A stretch of DNA of 44,333 bases from Nanobdellota archaeon (GCA_038044985.1 JBBSYY010000013.1:1-44333); one strand, 5' to 3'; numbered from the stretch's first letter, positions 9,079 through 18,090 are shown. Translations and numbers: made by a program. Notes: generated by a model not told the origin, from the letters alone.

Positions 9079-9333
9079 AAAGATCAGTTCATTACGTAGG
9101 AACGATCTTTATGTTGTTGAGAATGTCCTTTTATTAGTTTATGTTAGAATTGAGTTGCAGGGACGTTTTCAATTCCGAGCATCCCAAAAATCAACGAACA
9201 GACAAGAGGATTTTTCTGATACAGAAAACAAACTCCCGTTTTTAAACTGGAGTAATCGCAGTTGTTTGTTTTCTGTCTCCCCAACTTTAGAACAAACCTC
9301 GGACTTTAGTCCGAGGTATACGCGAAAAGTTGG
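9079..9333. repeat. Nested-hairpin repeat cluster (locus 2)
   Basis: AAAGATC/GATCTTT (9079-9110). ACAGAAAACAAAC(9221-)/GTTTGTTTTCTGT(-9276), 13 bp. CCAACTTT/AAAGTTGG (9281-9333) encloses AGAACAAA+CCTCGGAC-TTTA-GTCCGAGG. ORFs 9155..9376(+) and 9169..9360(-) lie on these palindromes and are treated as spurious. Confidence 0.8.
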
Positions 9334-9349
9334 TGATTTAGCAACTAAA

Positions 9350-9850
9350 TTATTCAACAACTATCACTCCTGTTGAACTTGGGTTTAGATGGTCATGATA
9401 TCTCCAAGAGCCTTTTTCATTAAAAGTAAAACTGTAACTTTCTCCATTTTTTAATCCTCCACATGCATCAAAAATTTTATTTTTTTCAGAGGTATTACAT
9501 TTGCTTATGTCTGATCCTGGATAAGCTCTATGTTCAGTATGGACAGCCGATGCTGGCCAACTTAATCCAGAGTCTTTATTAATAAAAGTAATTTCCTTGC
9601 CTTGAGAAATAGTTAAACTTTGTGGAAAAAATCCAGAAGAGGTTATTTCAACAACGTTTTCTTTAGTTTCTTGTGTTTCTTCTTGAGATTGTTCAGTTTC
9701 TGTTATAACCTTTACTTCTCCAGTTTCTTTAGCTATCCCATTAGTTTTGGGCGATGTTGGAGTTTTCTGTGTATTTAAAACAAAATAACTAGCTATAGCT
9801 ATTAAGACTAAAATAATAATTATAATACCTAAGGCCTGAACTTTTTTCAT
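9350..9850 (-). CDS. membrane-anchored cupredoxin-like domain protein
   Basis: N-terminal signal anchor (ALGIIIIILVLIAIASYF). The C-terminal pattern F.P..LTISQGKEITFINKD...H...SYSFTFNEKGSWRYHDHLNPSSTGVIVVE is typical of a cupredoxin fold. Confidence 0.5.
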   Translation of the reverse strand: MKKVQALGIIIIILVLIAIASYFVLNTQKTPTSPKTNGIAKETGEVKVITETEQSQEETQETKENVVEITSSGFFPQSLTISQGKEITFINKDSGLSWPASAVHTEHRAYPGSDISKCNTSEKNKIFDACGGLKNGESYSFTFNEKGSWRYHDHLNPSSTGVIVVE

Positions 9851-10060
9851 GTTAATTAAACTAAATTACAATATAAAAGCTTTTCTAAAAATTTCTATCC
9901 AAAATTAATTGAAATTTAACTCAGATTTACTATTATCTTGATTTATTAATCTTAATAATTATTATAAACGATTGTCGAGGTAGATTCACAGAGTAAAATT
10001 AAAAATCTCTAATTATTAACATTCTCTTACCTCTATGGATAAAAGTTGGGTGATATAATG

Positions 10061-10295
10061 CAGAAAAAAAGTAAGCCACTGCATTTAGGCAGTGGACGTT
10101 GCTTCGCAACGTCTTTTTTTCTGTCTCAAAAACTTCAAACAAACCGCGACCTAAAGGTCGCGGTAAAACACAAGAAATTTTTGATGTCGAAGTGTTTGAC
10201 AAACCACGCACTTTAGTGTGTGGAACACTTCGAGCATCCAAAAGTCCTAAACAAACCTCGGCTTTTAAGCCGAGGTACACACAAGAACTTTTTGA
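10061..10295. repeat. Nested-hairpin repeat cluster (locus 3)
   Basis: CAGAAAAAAA/TTTTTTTCTG encloses two hairpins (CCACTGC/GCAGTGG and GACGTTGC/GCAACGTC). Three canonical units follow: TCAAAAACTTC..GAAATTTTTGA around CCGCGACC-TAAA-GGTCGCGG; TCGAAGTGTT..AACACTTCGA around CCACGCAC-TTTA-GTGTGTGG; CCAAAAGTCC..GAACTTTTTG around CCTCGGCT-TTTA-AGCCGAGG. Confidence 0.85.
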
Positions 10296-10367
10296 TATAC
10301 AGAAAAATTCTTATATCTATAAATTTATCACAATAATACTTAAAACCCTCAATTTATTATTTCTTAA

Positions 10368-11102
10368 ATGGAACTTGAAAACAAAATTATGACAGGAAGC
10401 CATGATTTAAATAAATGGCTAGACGGAGGTTACGAAAACGGTGTGATAACTTTATTTTATGGTCCTCCTGCTTCTGGAAAATCAAATTTTATTATTCTTG
10501 CTGCTTGTCATCAGGCAAAAAAAGACAAAAAAATTATTTTTATAGACACAGAAGCAAGTTTTTCTATTGATAGAGTTAGTCAGATTACTAAAGGACTTCC
10601 AGAATTTGTACTAAAGAATATTGTTATTTTAAAGACAACAAATTTTCAAGAACAAAAAAAAGCGTTTATAAATATGTATAAGGAATTAAAAGCCTCTAAA
10701 AATATAGGATTAATTATTGTTGATAGTATAACCATGTTGTATAGACTAGAGCTTGCTGAGGCTAGAAAATCTGGTTTGGAAAAAGTGCAAAAAATTAATT
10801 CAGAATTAGCAGAACAAATGCAAGCTCTTAATGAAATATCAAGAAAAAGAAACATTCCTATACTAATAACCGCCCAAGTTTATAGTGAATTTTTAAGTGA
10901 AGAAGAGTGGCTTGCTGGAAAACAAGCAGGAGTTAGCGTTGTTGGCGGGGATTTATTAAAATATTGGAGTAAGTGTATAATTGAGTTACAATACAAAAAT
11001 GGCAAGAGAAGAGCTATTATCAGAAAACACCGTTCTATTCCACAAAAAGAGTTAAATTTTGAGGTTATTAGTGAAGGGATTAGAAAGAGAGGGTGGTTGT
11101 GA
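10368..11102 (+). CDS. radB: RadB-type recombinase paralog (RecA/RadA superfamily)
   Basis: Walker A GPPASGKSNF, Walker B-like LIIVDSI, about 240 aa, and no N-terminal HhH domain (RadB rather than RadA). Confidence 0.8.
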   Translation: MELENKIMTGSHDLNKWLDGGYENGVITLFYGPPASGKSNFIILAACHQAKKDKKIIFIDTEASFSIDRVSQITKGLPEFVLKNIVILKTTNFQEQKKAFINMYKELKASKNIGLIIVDSITMLYRLELAEARKSGLEKVQKINSELAEQMQALNEISRKRNIPILITAQVYSEFLSEEEWLAGKQAGVSVVGGDLLKYWSKCIIELQYKNGKRRAIIRKHRSIPQKELNFEVISEGIRKRGWL

Positions 11103-11152
11103 ATATAATAACAAAAACAAAACCTTTTAAGTTTGTTATAATTGTATAAACT

Positions 11153-11263
11153 ATGCAAAATAAAGAAAAAGAAAAACTTGATTATATAGTAAAAGAACTT
11201 TCAAAATTACCTTATGTTTCAGCAATAATTTTATCTGGAAGTCAAGCTACCAACAACATCTGA
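11153..11263 (+). pseudogene. possible 5' relic of a nucleotidyltransferase-fold gene
   Basis: Hand translation: MQNKEKEKLDYIVKELSKLPYVSAIILSGSQATNNI*. This resembles the N-terminus up to the GS motif of minimal nucleotidyltransferases. It stops before the catalytic D.D and overlaps the topA 3' end on the opposite strand. Confidence 0.25.
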
Positions 11264-13489
11264 ACCAGTCTGCTTTCTCGAACTGCAATTAGGATTAAAG
11301 CAGAAAACCCAGGGCATTCTACCTTTTCTAATAGAAATCAGCATTGGCCAATTACATTTCTCGCATTTTTTATTTTCATTTTTAATTAAACTTCTAGGCA
11401 AAGAATATGTTTGAGTACAATTAGGGTAGTTGGTACATGCAACAAAATAACTTTTAAATCTTGGACTAAACTTAATAGTAAGTTCTCCTTTATCACAACT
11501 AGGGCATTTAAACTTAAGATTATTGTTTTCTTTTTCTTCATTTAATAAAGCTTGATTTGCATTAACTAACTCTTTTCCTATTTCTAATTCCTTTTTCTTA
11601 AAATCGATAGAAATTTTTGTTAATGCCACTTCGGCTTTTTTTATAATTTTTTCTTCTTTTTCTTTCAGCTCTTTTTTAGAACTTCTGATAATTTCCATGT
11701 CTTTTTCAAGTTCTCTAGTTAGTCTTTCGTCAATAATTACAGGAGAATGTTTTTTTAAGCTTTCAACCAACATGATTCCTAGCTCTGTTGCCTTTATTTG
11801 CTTGTCTCTTATGTAATTTCTATTATAAAGAGTTTCTATAATTCCTGCACGGGTCGCCTTTGTCCCTAAATTTCTTTTTTCTAATTCAGAAATAATGCTT
11901 GCTGGAGAATATCTTTTAGGAGGATGTGTTTGTTTTTCTTCAATTTTAACTTTTTCTATTTTAACCCTGCCATTCATATCTTTTATTTCTTTTTCCTCTA
12001 TTTTTGCTGGATAAACTTCCATCCACCCTTTCTTTAAAACTTCCATTCCTTTTGCAATAAACCTTAAATTATCAAATGTAACTTCTACTCTTTTGTTCTC
12101 TAACTCTGCATTATCACAAAAACAGCTTATGAATCTTTTAACTATTAATTCGTAAACTTTTTTATAATCATCATCAAGTCTTTGAACATTTCCTGTTGGA
12201 ATAATTGAAGGATGAGCTGGATCTGACTTATTTCCTTCAACAGGTTTATTTCTTGTAGCGTTTTTAGTTAGTTCTTGAAAAGTTTTCTCAAGTTTTTTCA
12301 AAATTTCTAAAGGCTTCATTGAATCAGGAATTTTCTGGCTAGAAGTTCTAGGGTAAGAAATCAGTCCCGTAAGATAAAGTTTTTGAGCAATTGAAAGAGT
12401 CTGACTAGGAGTTATAAAATGAAATTTATAAATCTCTGTTTGCAGGCTGGTTAAATCAAAAGGGGCAGGAGGATTTATTGTTTCTTTTATTTTTTTAGTT
12501 TTAGCAAGAGCCTCTCTACTTTCTAATTCTTTAAATTTGTCCAGTTCTTTTTTCTTTGTTATATCTCTATAATATTTTACTTCTAATTTATTTTTTCCAT
12601 CACTAACAGTTAAAAAAACCTGCCAGTAAGGTTTTGACTTAAAATTTCTAATGGCAAGTTCTTTATCAACTATCAAATTTAAAGTTGGTCCTTGAACTCT
12701 GCCAATAGACATTATCTTAAATTTTCCGGCTTTTTTTATTGCCTGCATTAAAGCTCTTGACAAATTAATACCATATAACCAATCTAAAAAATGTCTTGTT
12801 TCTCCTGCAATTGCCTGCCCCCATTCAATAGTCTCTCTTAAATTATCATAAGAATCCTGAATTTCTTCAGCAGTTAAAGAGCTGAATTTCATTCTTTTAG
12901 CATCTTCTTTTTTAGCAATAAATCTAACAATATTATAACCAATAACTTCTCCTTCAACATCAAAATCAGTAGCAATAACAATTTCATTGGCATTTTTGAC
13001 TAAAAATTCAATAACCGAATAATACTTTTTAGTAAAATCGCCACTTTTTATTTCAAAGTTTGGCTTCCATTTAATATCAAAAATAGGATAACTAGAACCA
13101 TTGACATTTTGAGAAACTGTAAATAAATGGCCAACAGCACACGCAACAACTATTTTTTTTCCGTTTCTTTCTAATTCATAATATGAAACCTGATTTTTTG
13201 TAATTTTATTATCTTTACCTTCAGAAAGAGCTGCTGCAATTTTACCAGCTGCCTGTGGCTTTTCAGTTATAATCAAAATATATCCATCTTTTTTTAATTT
13301 TAAATCAGTTTTTTTAGTTTTTTTTAGTCTTTCTTTTTTCTTTACTGCTCCAATAACTTCTATAGTCTCTAGATCTTCAACTTCTGGCTCTTTAACAGCT
13401 ACTTCTACGCTCTGCTTTACGTTCGCAGGGTCAAAAATCCTGTATTCTTTTGTTTCAACTGCCAAGGCATCTGGTTTTTTTCGAGGCAT
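11231..13489 (-). CDS. topA: DNA topoisomerase I (type IA) with C-terminal zinc ribbons
   Basis: TOPRIM start LIITEKPQAAGKIA and DFDVEGE. Active-site region GLISYPRTSSQ. C-terminal CPSCDKG...CTNYPNC and CEKCNWP...CFNPNC. The true start may be an internal Met, because the first 70 aa are a charged extension. Confidence 0.9.
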   Translation of the reverse strand: MPRKKPDALAVETKEYRIFDPANVKQSVEVAVKEPEVEDLETIEVIGAVKKKERLKKTKKTDLKLKKDGYILIITEKPQAAGKIAAALSEGKDNKITKNQVSYYELERNGKKIVVACAVGHLFTVSQNVNGSSYPIFDIKWKPNFEIKSGDFTKKYYSVIEFLVKNANEIVIATDFDVEGEVIGYNIVRFIAKKEDAKRMKFSSLTAEEIQDSYDNLRETIEWGQAIAGETRHFLDWLYGINLSRALMQAIKKAGKFKIMSIGRVQGPTLNLIVDKELAIRNFKSKPYWQVFLTVSDGKNKLEVKYYRDITKKKELDKFKELESREALAKTKKIKETINPPAPFDLTSLQTEIYKFHFITPSQTLSIAQKLYLTGLISYPRTSSQKIPDSMKPLEILKKLEKTFQELTKNATRNKPVEGNKSDPAHPSIIPTGNVQRLDDDYKKVYELIVKRFISCFCDNAELENKRVEVTFDNLRFIAKGMEVLKKGWMEVYPAKIEEKEIKDMNGRVKIEKVKIEEKQTHPPKRYSPASIISELEKRNLGTKATRAGIIETLYNRNYIRDKQIKATELGIMLVESLKKHSPVIIDERLTRELEKDMEIIRSSKKELKEKEEKIIKKAEVALTKISIDFKKKELEIGKELVNANQALLNEEKENNNLKFKCPSCDKGELTIKFSPRFKSYFVACTNYPNCTQTYSLPRSLIKNENKKCEKCNWPMLISIRKGRMPWVFCFNPNCSSRKQTGSDVVGSLTSR

Positions 13490-13650
13490 TTTATTAAAAA
13501 TCTAGAGATAAGTTATATAAAAAGGTTTTTGAACTATTAAATTCAATATCAAACTTAACCTCGCATAAACCTTTAAATACCTCTTGTTTTTCAAATATTA
13601 TACATAATATAAATATATAATTGTCATAAAAACTATAGGAGTTATAAATA

Positions 13651-14214
13651 ATGGTAGATGTATTATGGGGAAGTAAAGAATCTCTGAAGTTTATAACAAA
13701 TGTTGGACTAATTACTAGTTATGGACCCGATGGTCATAACATAATGGCCTGTGAATGGACACATCATATTTCATATAGTCCTGGATTAATAGCGGTTTGT
13801 ATTCATAAAAATGATGCAACCGCCTCTAATATCAAAGAAACAAAAGAATTTGGTGTTAATCTCGCTTCTATAGAACAGTCAAAAATGTCTTCAATATCAG
13901 GCAGCAGTACTGGTAAAAAGACAGATAAAATTGCTGTGTTAAAAGAATTAGGATTTGAATTTTACAAAGCTAAAAAAATTAAACCTTTAATGATAAAGAA
14001 TTCACCGCTAAATGTTGAATGTAAACTCTATAAAGAAATTGAATTAGGAGACCATATCATATTTGTAGGAGAAGCTGTCGAAGCTACCAGTAATCCAATT
14101 GAGGCACTAGCCTATCATGATGGCAAATACTGGAAAATGTCAACTCCTTTAGAAAAACCATCCCAAGAAGAACTTGATAATATTAATAGTGTTGTTGAAA
14201 AATATAAAAAATAA
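13651..14214 (+). CDS. flavin reductase-like FMN-binding domain protein
   Basis: ITSYGPDGHNIMACEWTHHISYSPGLIAVCI and GDHIIFVGEAV are typical of the flavin reductase-like split-barrel domain. Confidence 0.65.
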   Translation: MVDVLWGSKESLKFITNVGLITSYGPDGHNIMACEWTHHISYSPGLIAVCIHKNDATASNIKETKEFGVNLASIEQSKMSSISGSSTGKKTDKIAVLKELGFEFYKAKKIKPLMIKNSPLNVECKLYKEIELGDHIIFVGEAVEATSNPIEALAYHDGKYWKMSTPLEKPSQEELDNINSVVEKYKK

Positions 14215-14456
14215 TGACAGATTTCAAATTTGAGAAATATCTAAGGAGATTAAAAACCAAGGAACAAATTCCTTATTTATTTGACGAAAATTTATTTAAA
14301 AAAACAAAAGGATCAAATTATATTGGAAGAATTGATGGAATCTTAACAAAAATAATTTTTAGGAGAGGAACTTGTTGTTCTATATATGCAGAAACTCAAG
14401 AAAATCTAAAAAAAGTTTATGATAAAACTATAGAGAGGTTAATTGAGGAAGTTTAA
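14214..14456 (+). CDS. hypothetical protein (80 aa)
   Basis: The ATG overlaps the preceding stop (TAATG). No motif recognised. Confidence 0.45.
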   Translation: MTDFKFEKYLRRLKTKEQIPYLFDENLFKKTKGSNYIGRIDGILTKIIFRRGTCCSIYAETQENLKKVYDKTIERLIEEV

Positions 14457-14507
14457 TTACATTTTCAAATAAACAATAGCTATTTTGTTGCACATAAAAC
14501 TAAACTC

Positions 14508-14651
14508 AGAGAAATTTCCTAACTTTAAGTAAGAGTTGGTAGTATATTTCTCTAACTCACAAAAGCAATTTTTATTATGTTCATAGATTGTAAATTGCTT
14601 TTGTTCGGCATCACAAAACCAATACAGAACCGAAGGTTTTGTGATATTATT
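14508..14651. repeat. Nested-hairpin repeat mosaic (locus 4): modules IV + V + I
   Basis: A degenerate AGAGAAAT..TATTTCTCT module (14508-14553). ACAAAAGCAATTT(14559-14571)/AAATTGCTTTTGT(14592-14604). ATCACAAAACC/GGTTTTGTGAT (about 14609-14646). Confidence 0.8.
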
Positions 14652-14735
14652 AATCTAATTATTAATAGGAAATTTAAAGGATCTTAGATGATTGGTGGAA
14701 ATCCCGACTACTATAATTTTTCTAAAAGTCTTCTA

Positions 14736-15500
14736 TCAAACTTTAAGCACTCTGCCAGTAATCTTCGTCACAAAATTTCTCGGAAGAAATCTTTTTAAAA
14801 ATATACTAAATATATTTCTTAATCCATAAACCGCAATAGTTTTATTTTTCATCATCATTTCATAACCATATTCTGCTATTTCTTTTGCGGTTGTTAAATT
14901 CCCCCAAGTTTTTATTTCATCATCGCTAATTCCAGATCTTTTAAAAAAACTAGACATAGTTAATCCAGGACATAAAGTTGTAACAGTTACACCAGTTCCT
15001 TTTAATTCTTCTGCCAGTGCTTCTGAAAAATATAATACATATGATTTTGTAGCCGAATAAACTGCTAAATAAGGTCCTGGCTGAAATGCTGCTACTGAAG
15101 CAACATTCAATATTTTTCCTTCTCCTTTTTCAACCATCTTTTCTGAAAAAATTTTTGTTAAAAAAGTAAGCGCCTTTATATTAAGATTTATTACTTCATT
15201 ATCTTTTTCCCATGGTGTATCTAAGAATTTCCCAAAATTTCCAACTCCAGCATTATTTATTAAAATACCTATATCTTCATTTTTTATTTTCTGATAAAAT
15301 TTATTTACTTCATTTAATTTAGATAAATCTGATTTATATAGATAAACTTTTGTTTTATGCCATCTTTCAATTTCTTTTTTTATTTTTTGAAGTTTTTCTT
15401 TATTTCTAGAAACAAGAATAATATCATATTTGTTTTTAGCTAACACTTTTGCAAATTCATAACCAATTCCAGAAGAAGCTCCTGTTACTAATGCTTTCAT
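14736..15500 (-). CDS. short-chain dehydrogenase/reductase (SDR)
   Basis: TGASSGIGYE cofactor motif, NNAG, and catalytic YSATKSYV (YxxxK). Confidence 0.9.
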   Translation of the reverse strand: MKALVTGASSGIGYEFAKVLAKNKYDIILVSRNKEKLQKIKKEIERWHKTKVYLYKSDLSKLNEVNKFYQKIKNEDIGILINNAGVGNFGKFLDTPWEKDNEVINLNIKALTFLTKIFSEKMVEKGEGKILNVASVAAFQPGPYLAVYSATKSYVLYFSEALAEELKGTGVTVTTLCPGLTMSSFFKRSGISDDEIKTWGNLTTAKEIAEYGYEMMMKNKTIAVYGLRNIFSIFLKRFLPRNFVTKITGRVLKV

Positions 15501-15616
15501 GATCTATTAATGTTTGTTATGTATAAAAACTTAAGGTTTAGTCTTTTGATGCTTTATTTCTTTAAATCAAGGTTCGTTTTCCAAACTCTTAAAAACCCCT
15601 TCCTCCATCAATAATA

Positions 15617-16294
15617 ATGGATTTTAGAAAAATACTTGATAATATAAAAAAAGCGTGGAACTGGATTTGGAATTCTGACTCTTTTTTAAGCTGGGTCATC
15701 GCTTTGATTTTAATTTTTGCTTTTGTAAAATTTGTATTTTTTCCTGTTTTATCTTTGATAATGGGAACTTCACTCCCTTTAGCTGGAATAGAAAGTTCAA
15801 GTATGGATCATCAAATATCAAAAGATGATTCTGGAAGATTAAGTTTATGTGGTAATGGGTATACTAAAGAAGAAAAATATTATATAAGTTTTGATGATTA
15901 TTGGGAGAAATGTGGAAGTTGGTATGAGGAAACAAATATTAGTAAAGAAAAATTTTCTGGTTTCTCATTAAAAAATGGATTTAGAAAAGGAGATATAATT
16001 ATTGTTTATGGCAGATTTAAACCAAAAATAGGAGACGTAATTATTTTTAAACCAAATGTAGAATCAATAGCACCAAGGCCGATTATTCATAGAATTATTA
16101 AGATTGAAGACGGGAGAATAGAAACTAAAGGAGACCATAATGCGAATCAGCTAGTAGGTTCTAATAATTTTTACTATACAGATGAAACTAATATTAAAGA
16201 AAGTCAGATTGTTGGTAAAGCAATTTTTAAAATTCCCTTTTTAGGATGGCCAAAAATCTGGTTGATTGAATTATTGAAATTGTTTTTTTGGTAG
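15617..16294 (+). CDS. signal peptidase I, archaeal/ER (Sec11/S26B) type
   Basis: N-terminal TM, catalytic Ser region GIESSSMDH, then GDIIIV, IIHRII and KGDHN. Confidence 0.75.
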   Translation: MDFRKILDNIKKAWNWIWNSDSFLSWVIALILIFAFVKFVFFPVLSLIMGTSLPLAGIESSSMDHQISKDDSGRLSLCGNGYTKEEKYYISFDDYWEKCGSWYEETNISKEKFSGFSLKNGFRKGDIIIVYGRFKPKIGDVIIFKPNVESIAPRPIIHRIIKIEDGRIETKGDHNANQLVGSNNFYYTDETNIKESQIVGKAIFKIPFLGWPKIWLIELLKLFFW

Positions 16295-16524
16295 TTTATT
16301 TTAAATCTTATTTAATAATTTTGATAATGAATAATTGATAATATTAACCAAAGAGTAGAGGGGTTGTATAAATTAACTCGTTAGATTGCCTACTTATTAT
16401 TAATAAGAGCTACTTTTTAACTATTACTAACATTAATAATCACTTCTTAATCACAACTATAAAAAAGAAACTTTTTTAAATCAGCTTTTAATAAATAAAC
16501 AATAAATAATTAAGATTTCAGAGA

Positions 16525-16833
16525 ATGGAATTTTGTCCAAAGTGTGGTTCAGTTTTGATTGAAAAAAATAAGACCTTTAGATGTATAAGGTGTAATCATA
16601 AATCTAAATTTAAGATAAAAATAGAATCATCTGAAAAACTTGACAAAACTCCAGAGATTGGGGTTATTAAGGATAAAGATACAGATGTTTTTCCAACTAT
16701 TAATGCTATTTGTTCTAAGTGTGGTCATAAAGAAGCATATTTCTGGACTTCTCAGACAAGAGCCGGCGATGAAGCGGAAACAAAATTTTTTAGATGCACA
16801 AAGTGCAAGAATACTTGGAGAGAGTATAGATAA
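16525..16833 (+). CDS. tfs: transcription factor S (TFS / RpoM-like)
   Basis: N-terminal zinc ribbon CPKCGS...CIRCNH. C-terminal ribbon CSKCGH...QTRAGDEAETKFFRCTKC with the acidic DE hairpin. Confidence 0.9.
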   Translation: MEFCPKCGSVLIEKNKTFRCIRCNHKSKFKIKIESSEKLDKTPEIGVIKDKDTDVFPTINAICSKCGHKEAYFWTSQTRAGDEAETKFFRCTKCKNTWREYR

Positions 16834-17156
16834 TCATTCAAATTTTGATTTGCAATAATCTGCAAGAGCCTTTAAAAGAATGCTATCAGCTATGAACATG
16901 ATGGCTATAAGAGTTAAATTAAATTTAATAGAATTATTGATTATGCCTCCAAGTAATACAGCACTTATTAGTAAAAAATAGTTGCGAGAGATTCAGACGC
17001 AAAATATACCATGAAATAATTTCGTCTCTTGATATGAAACATGAAATTAAGATATATCCATAGTTTAAAATAATAATTATGATAAAAATTACTAATTGCC
17101 AAAGAATATTATAAATTTAAATATACCCCACTCAAACATGAAAATAGTATGGGTGA

Positions 17157-17507
17157 ATGTCAATAACACAAAACTTTAAAAATACAATTAAATACCCTTT
17201 ATTAGATAAAAAAGAGAAAATGGAAACTGAAATAAAAATGATTTCTGCCGCATCAAGAGTTACATTCTTTTTAAAAGATAATCCTCATGCAACTGACGAA
17301 GAAATTTTCAAAGACCTTTTTGATTATATCCTTGAAGAAGATATTGGAAATGAAAACTTAATAAGATACATGATTGCTTCTGCAACTAGAGCCATCCAAT
17401 TAAAAAGAAAAAATTTAAATTCTTTTGATAAACAGAGTGAAAAACAAATTTTAAAGCAAGTTATTGACGAAATTCCCAGTTTAGCAGAAGAAATAAGTGG
17501 CTATTAG
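17157..17507 (+). CDS. hypothetical protein (116 aa)
   Basis: Stop-free ORF. No motif recognised. Confidence 0.45.
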   Translation: MSITQNFKNTIKYPLLDKKEKMETEIKMISAASRVTFFLKDNPHATDEEIFKDLFDYILEEDIGNENLIRYMIASATRAIQLKRKNLNSFDKQSEKQILKQVIDEIPSLAEEISGY

Positions 17508-17614
17508 ATTTTTTGTTAAGATATAAGTTTTAGAATAGAGCTTTTATTATTTTTATGGATAATTATTTATCTTACCATTAATAAGTATTAATAGCTAATT
17601 AAAATAGAAGGAGT

Positions 17615-17857
17615 TTACTTTCTCTTTTTCTTGATTTTTTGGTTTTTATTGTTTTTAGGTTCTCTTATTTGTATAAGTCCGTTTACAGATTCGGCTTCAG
17701 TTGTTGGTTGTTCTTGAATAGTTGTTTGTTGCTGTATTTGTAAAGATGACTCCAGTTTTTCGTATCTATCCGTCAGTTTTTTTATTTGTTCCTTTATTTC
17801 TGCCATATCTTTTTTAACGTTCCAAAAAGATTTTCTTATATTTTTTTCTAGTTCCAT
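17615..17857 (-). CDS. hypothetical coiled-coil protein (80 aa)
   Basis: Heptad-like charged sequence with a basic C-terminal tail. Confidence 0.4.
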   Translation of the reverse strand: MELEKNIRKSFWNVKKDMAEIKEQIKKLTDRYEKLESSLQIQQQTTIQEQPTTEAESVNGLIQIREPKNNKNQKIKKKRK

Positions 17858-17956
17858 TTTAAGATAATAAAAAATAAAAGAACAAGTATTTAAACCTTTT
17901 GTTTTGATGTCATTTTAAAATAGTTACCTAATTTTTAGTACATTAATTGGATAATC

Positions 17957-17966
17957 TTTTAAATAA
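17957..17966 (+). promoter_or_regulatory. candidate TATA box for tRNA-Lys
   Basis: TTTTAAATAA is centred about 29 nt upstream of the tRNA 5' end, the usual archaeal TATA spacing. The surroundings are so AT-rich that specificity is low. Confidence 0.3.
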
Positions 17967-17990
17967 GGTGCTCTATTTAATCTATAGGGC

Positions 17991-18065
17991 GGCTCTGTAG
18001 CTCAGTCTGGTTAGAGCACTGGACTCTTAATCCAGGTGTCGAGGGTTCAAATCCCTCCAGGGCCA
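17991..18065 (+). tRNA. tRNA-Lys (anticodon CUU), 75 nt, no intron, CCA not encoded
   Basis: Folded by hand. Acceptor GGCTCTG/CAGGGCC (one G-U). D arm GCTC-AGTCTGGTTA-GAGC. Anticodon arm CTGGA-CTCTTAA-TCCAG (CTT at positions 34-36). Variable loop GTGTC. T arm GAGGG-TTCAAAT-CCCTC. Discriminator A. The gene is followed by TTTTT. Confidence 0.93.
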
Positions 18066-18070
18066 TTTTT
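18066..18070 (+). terminator. oligo-T stretch after tRNA-Lys
   Basis: TTTTT immediately 3' of the discriminator base. Archaeal RNA polymerase terminates at oligo-T. Confidence 0.35.
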
Positions 18071-18090
18071 GATAATCAATAAAAGAAAAA

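Noticed and set aside
34-10295. I asked whether the hairpin clusters are CRISPR arrays.
   Set aside because: There is no constant-length direct repeat alternating with unique spacers. The units are inverted-repeat stems of varying sequence and spacing, and no cas genes are present.
9155-10392. ORF-track entries 9155..9376(+), 9169..9360(-), 9999..10280(-) and 10099..10392(+).
   Set aside because: They overlap each other on opposite strands, consist of palindromic repeat sequence, and give low-complexity translations with no motifs.
16837-17010. A minus-strand frame encoding a hydrophobic peptide (...LLISAVLLGGIINNSIKFNLTLIAIMFIADSILLKALADYCKSKFE*) convergent on tfs.
   Set aside because: It has no usable start codon in frame. 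The nearby ATG at about 17010 is in another frame and stops after 14 codons. It may be a frameshifted small membrane gene, but I cannot support that from the sequence alone.
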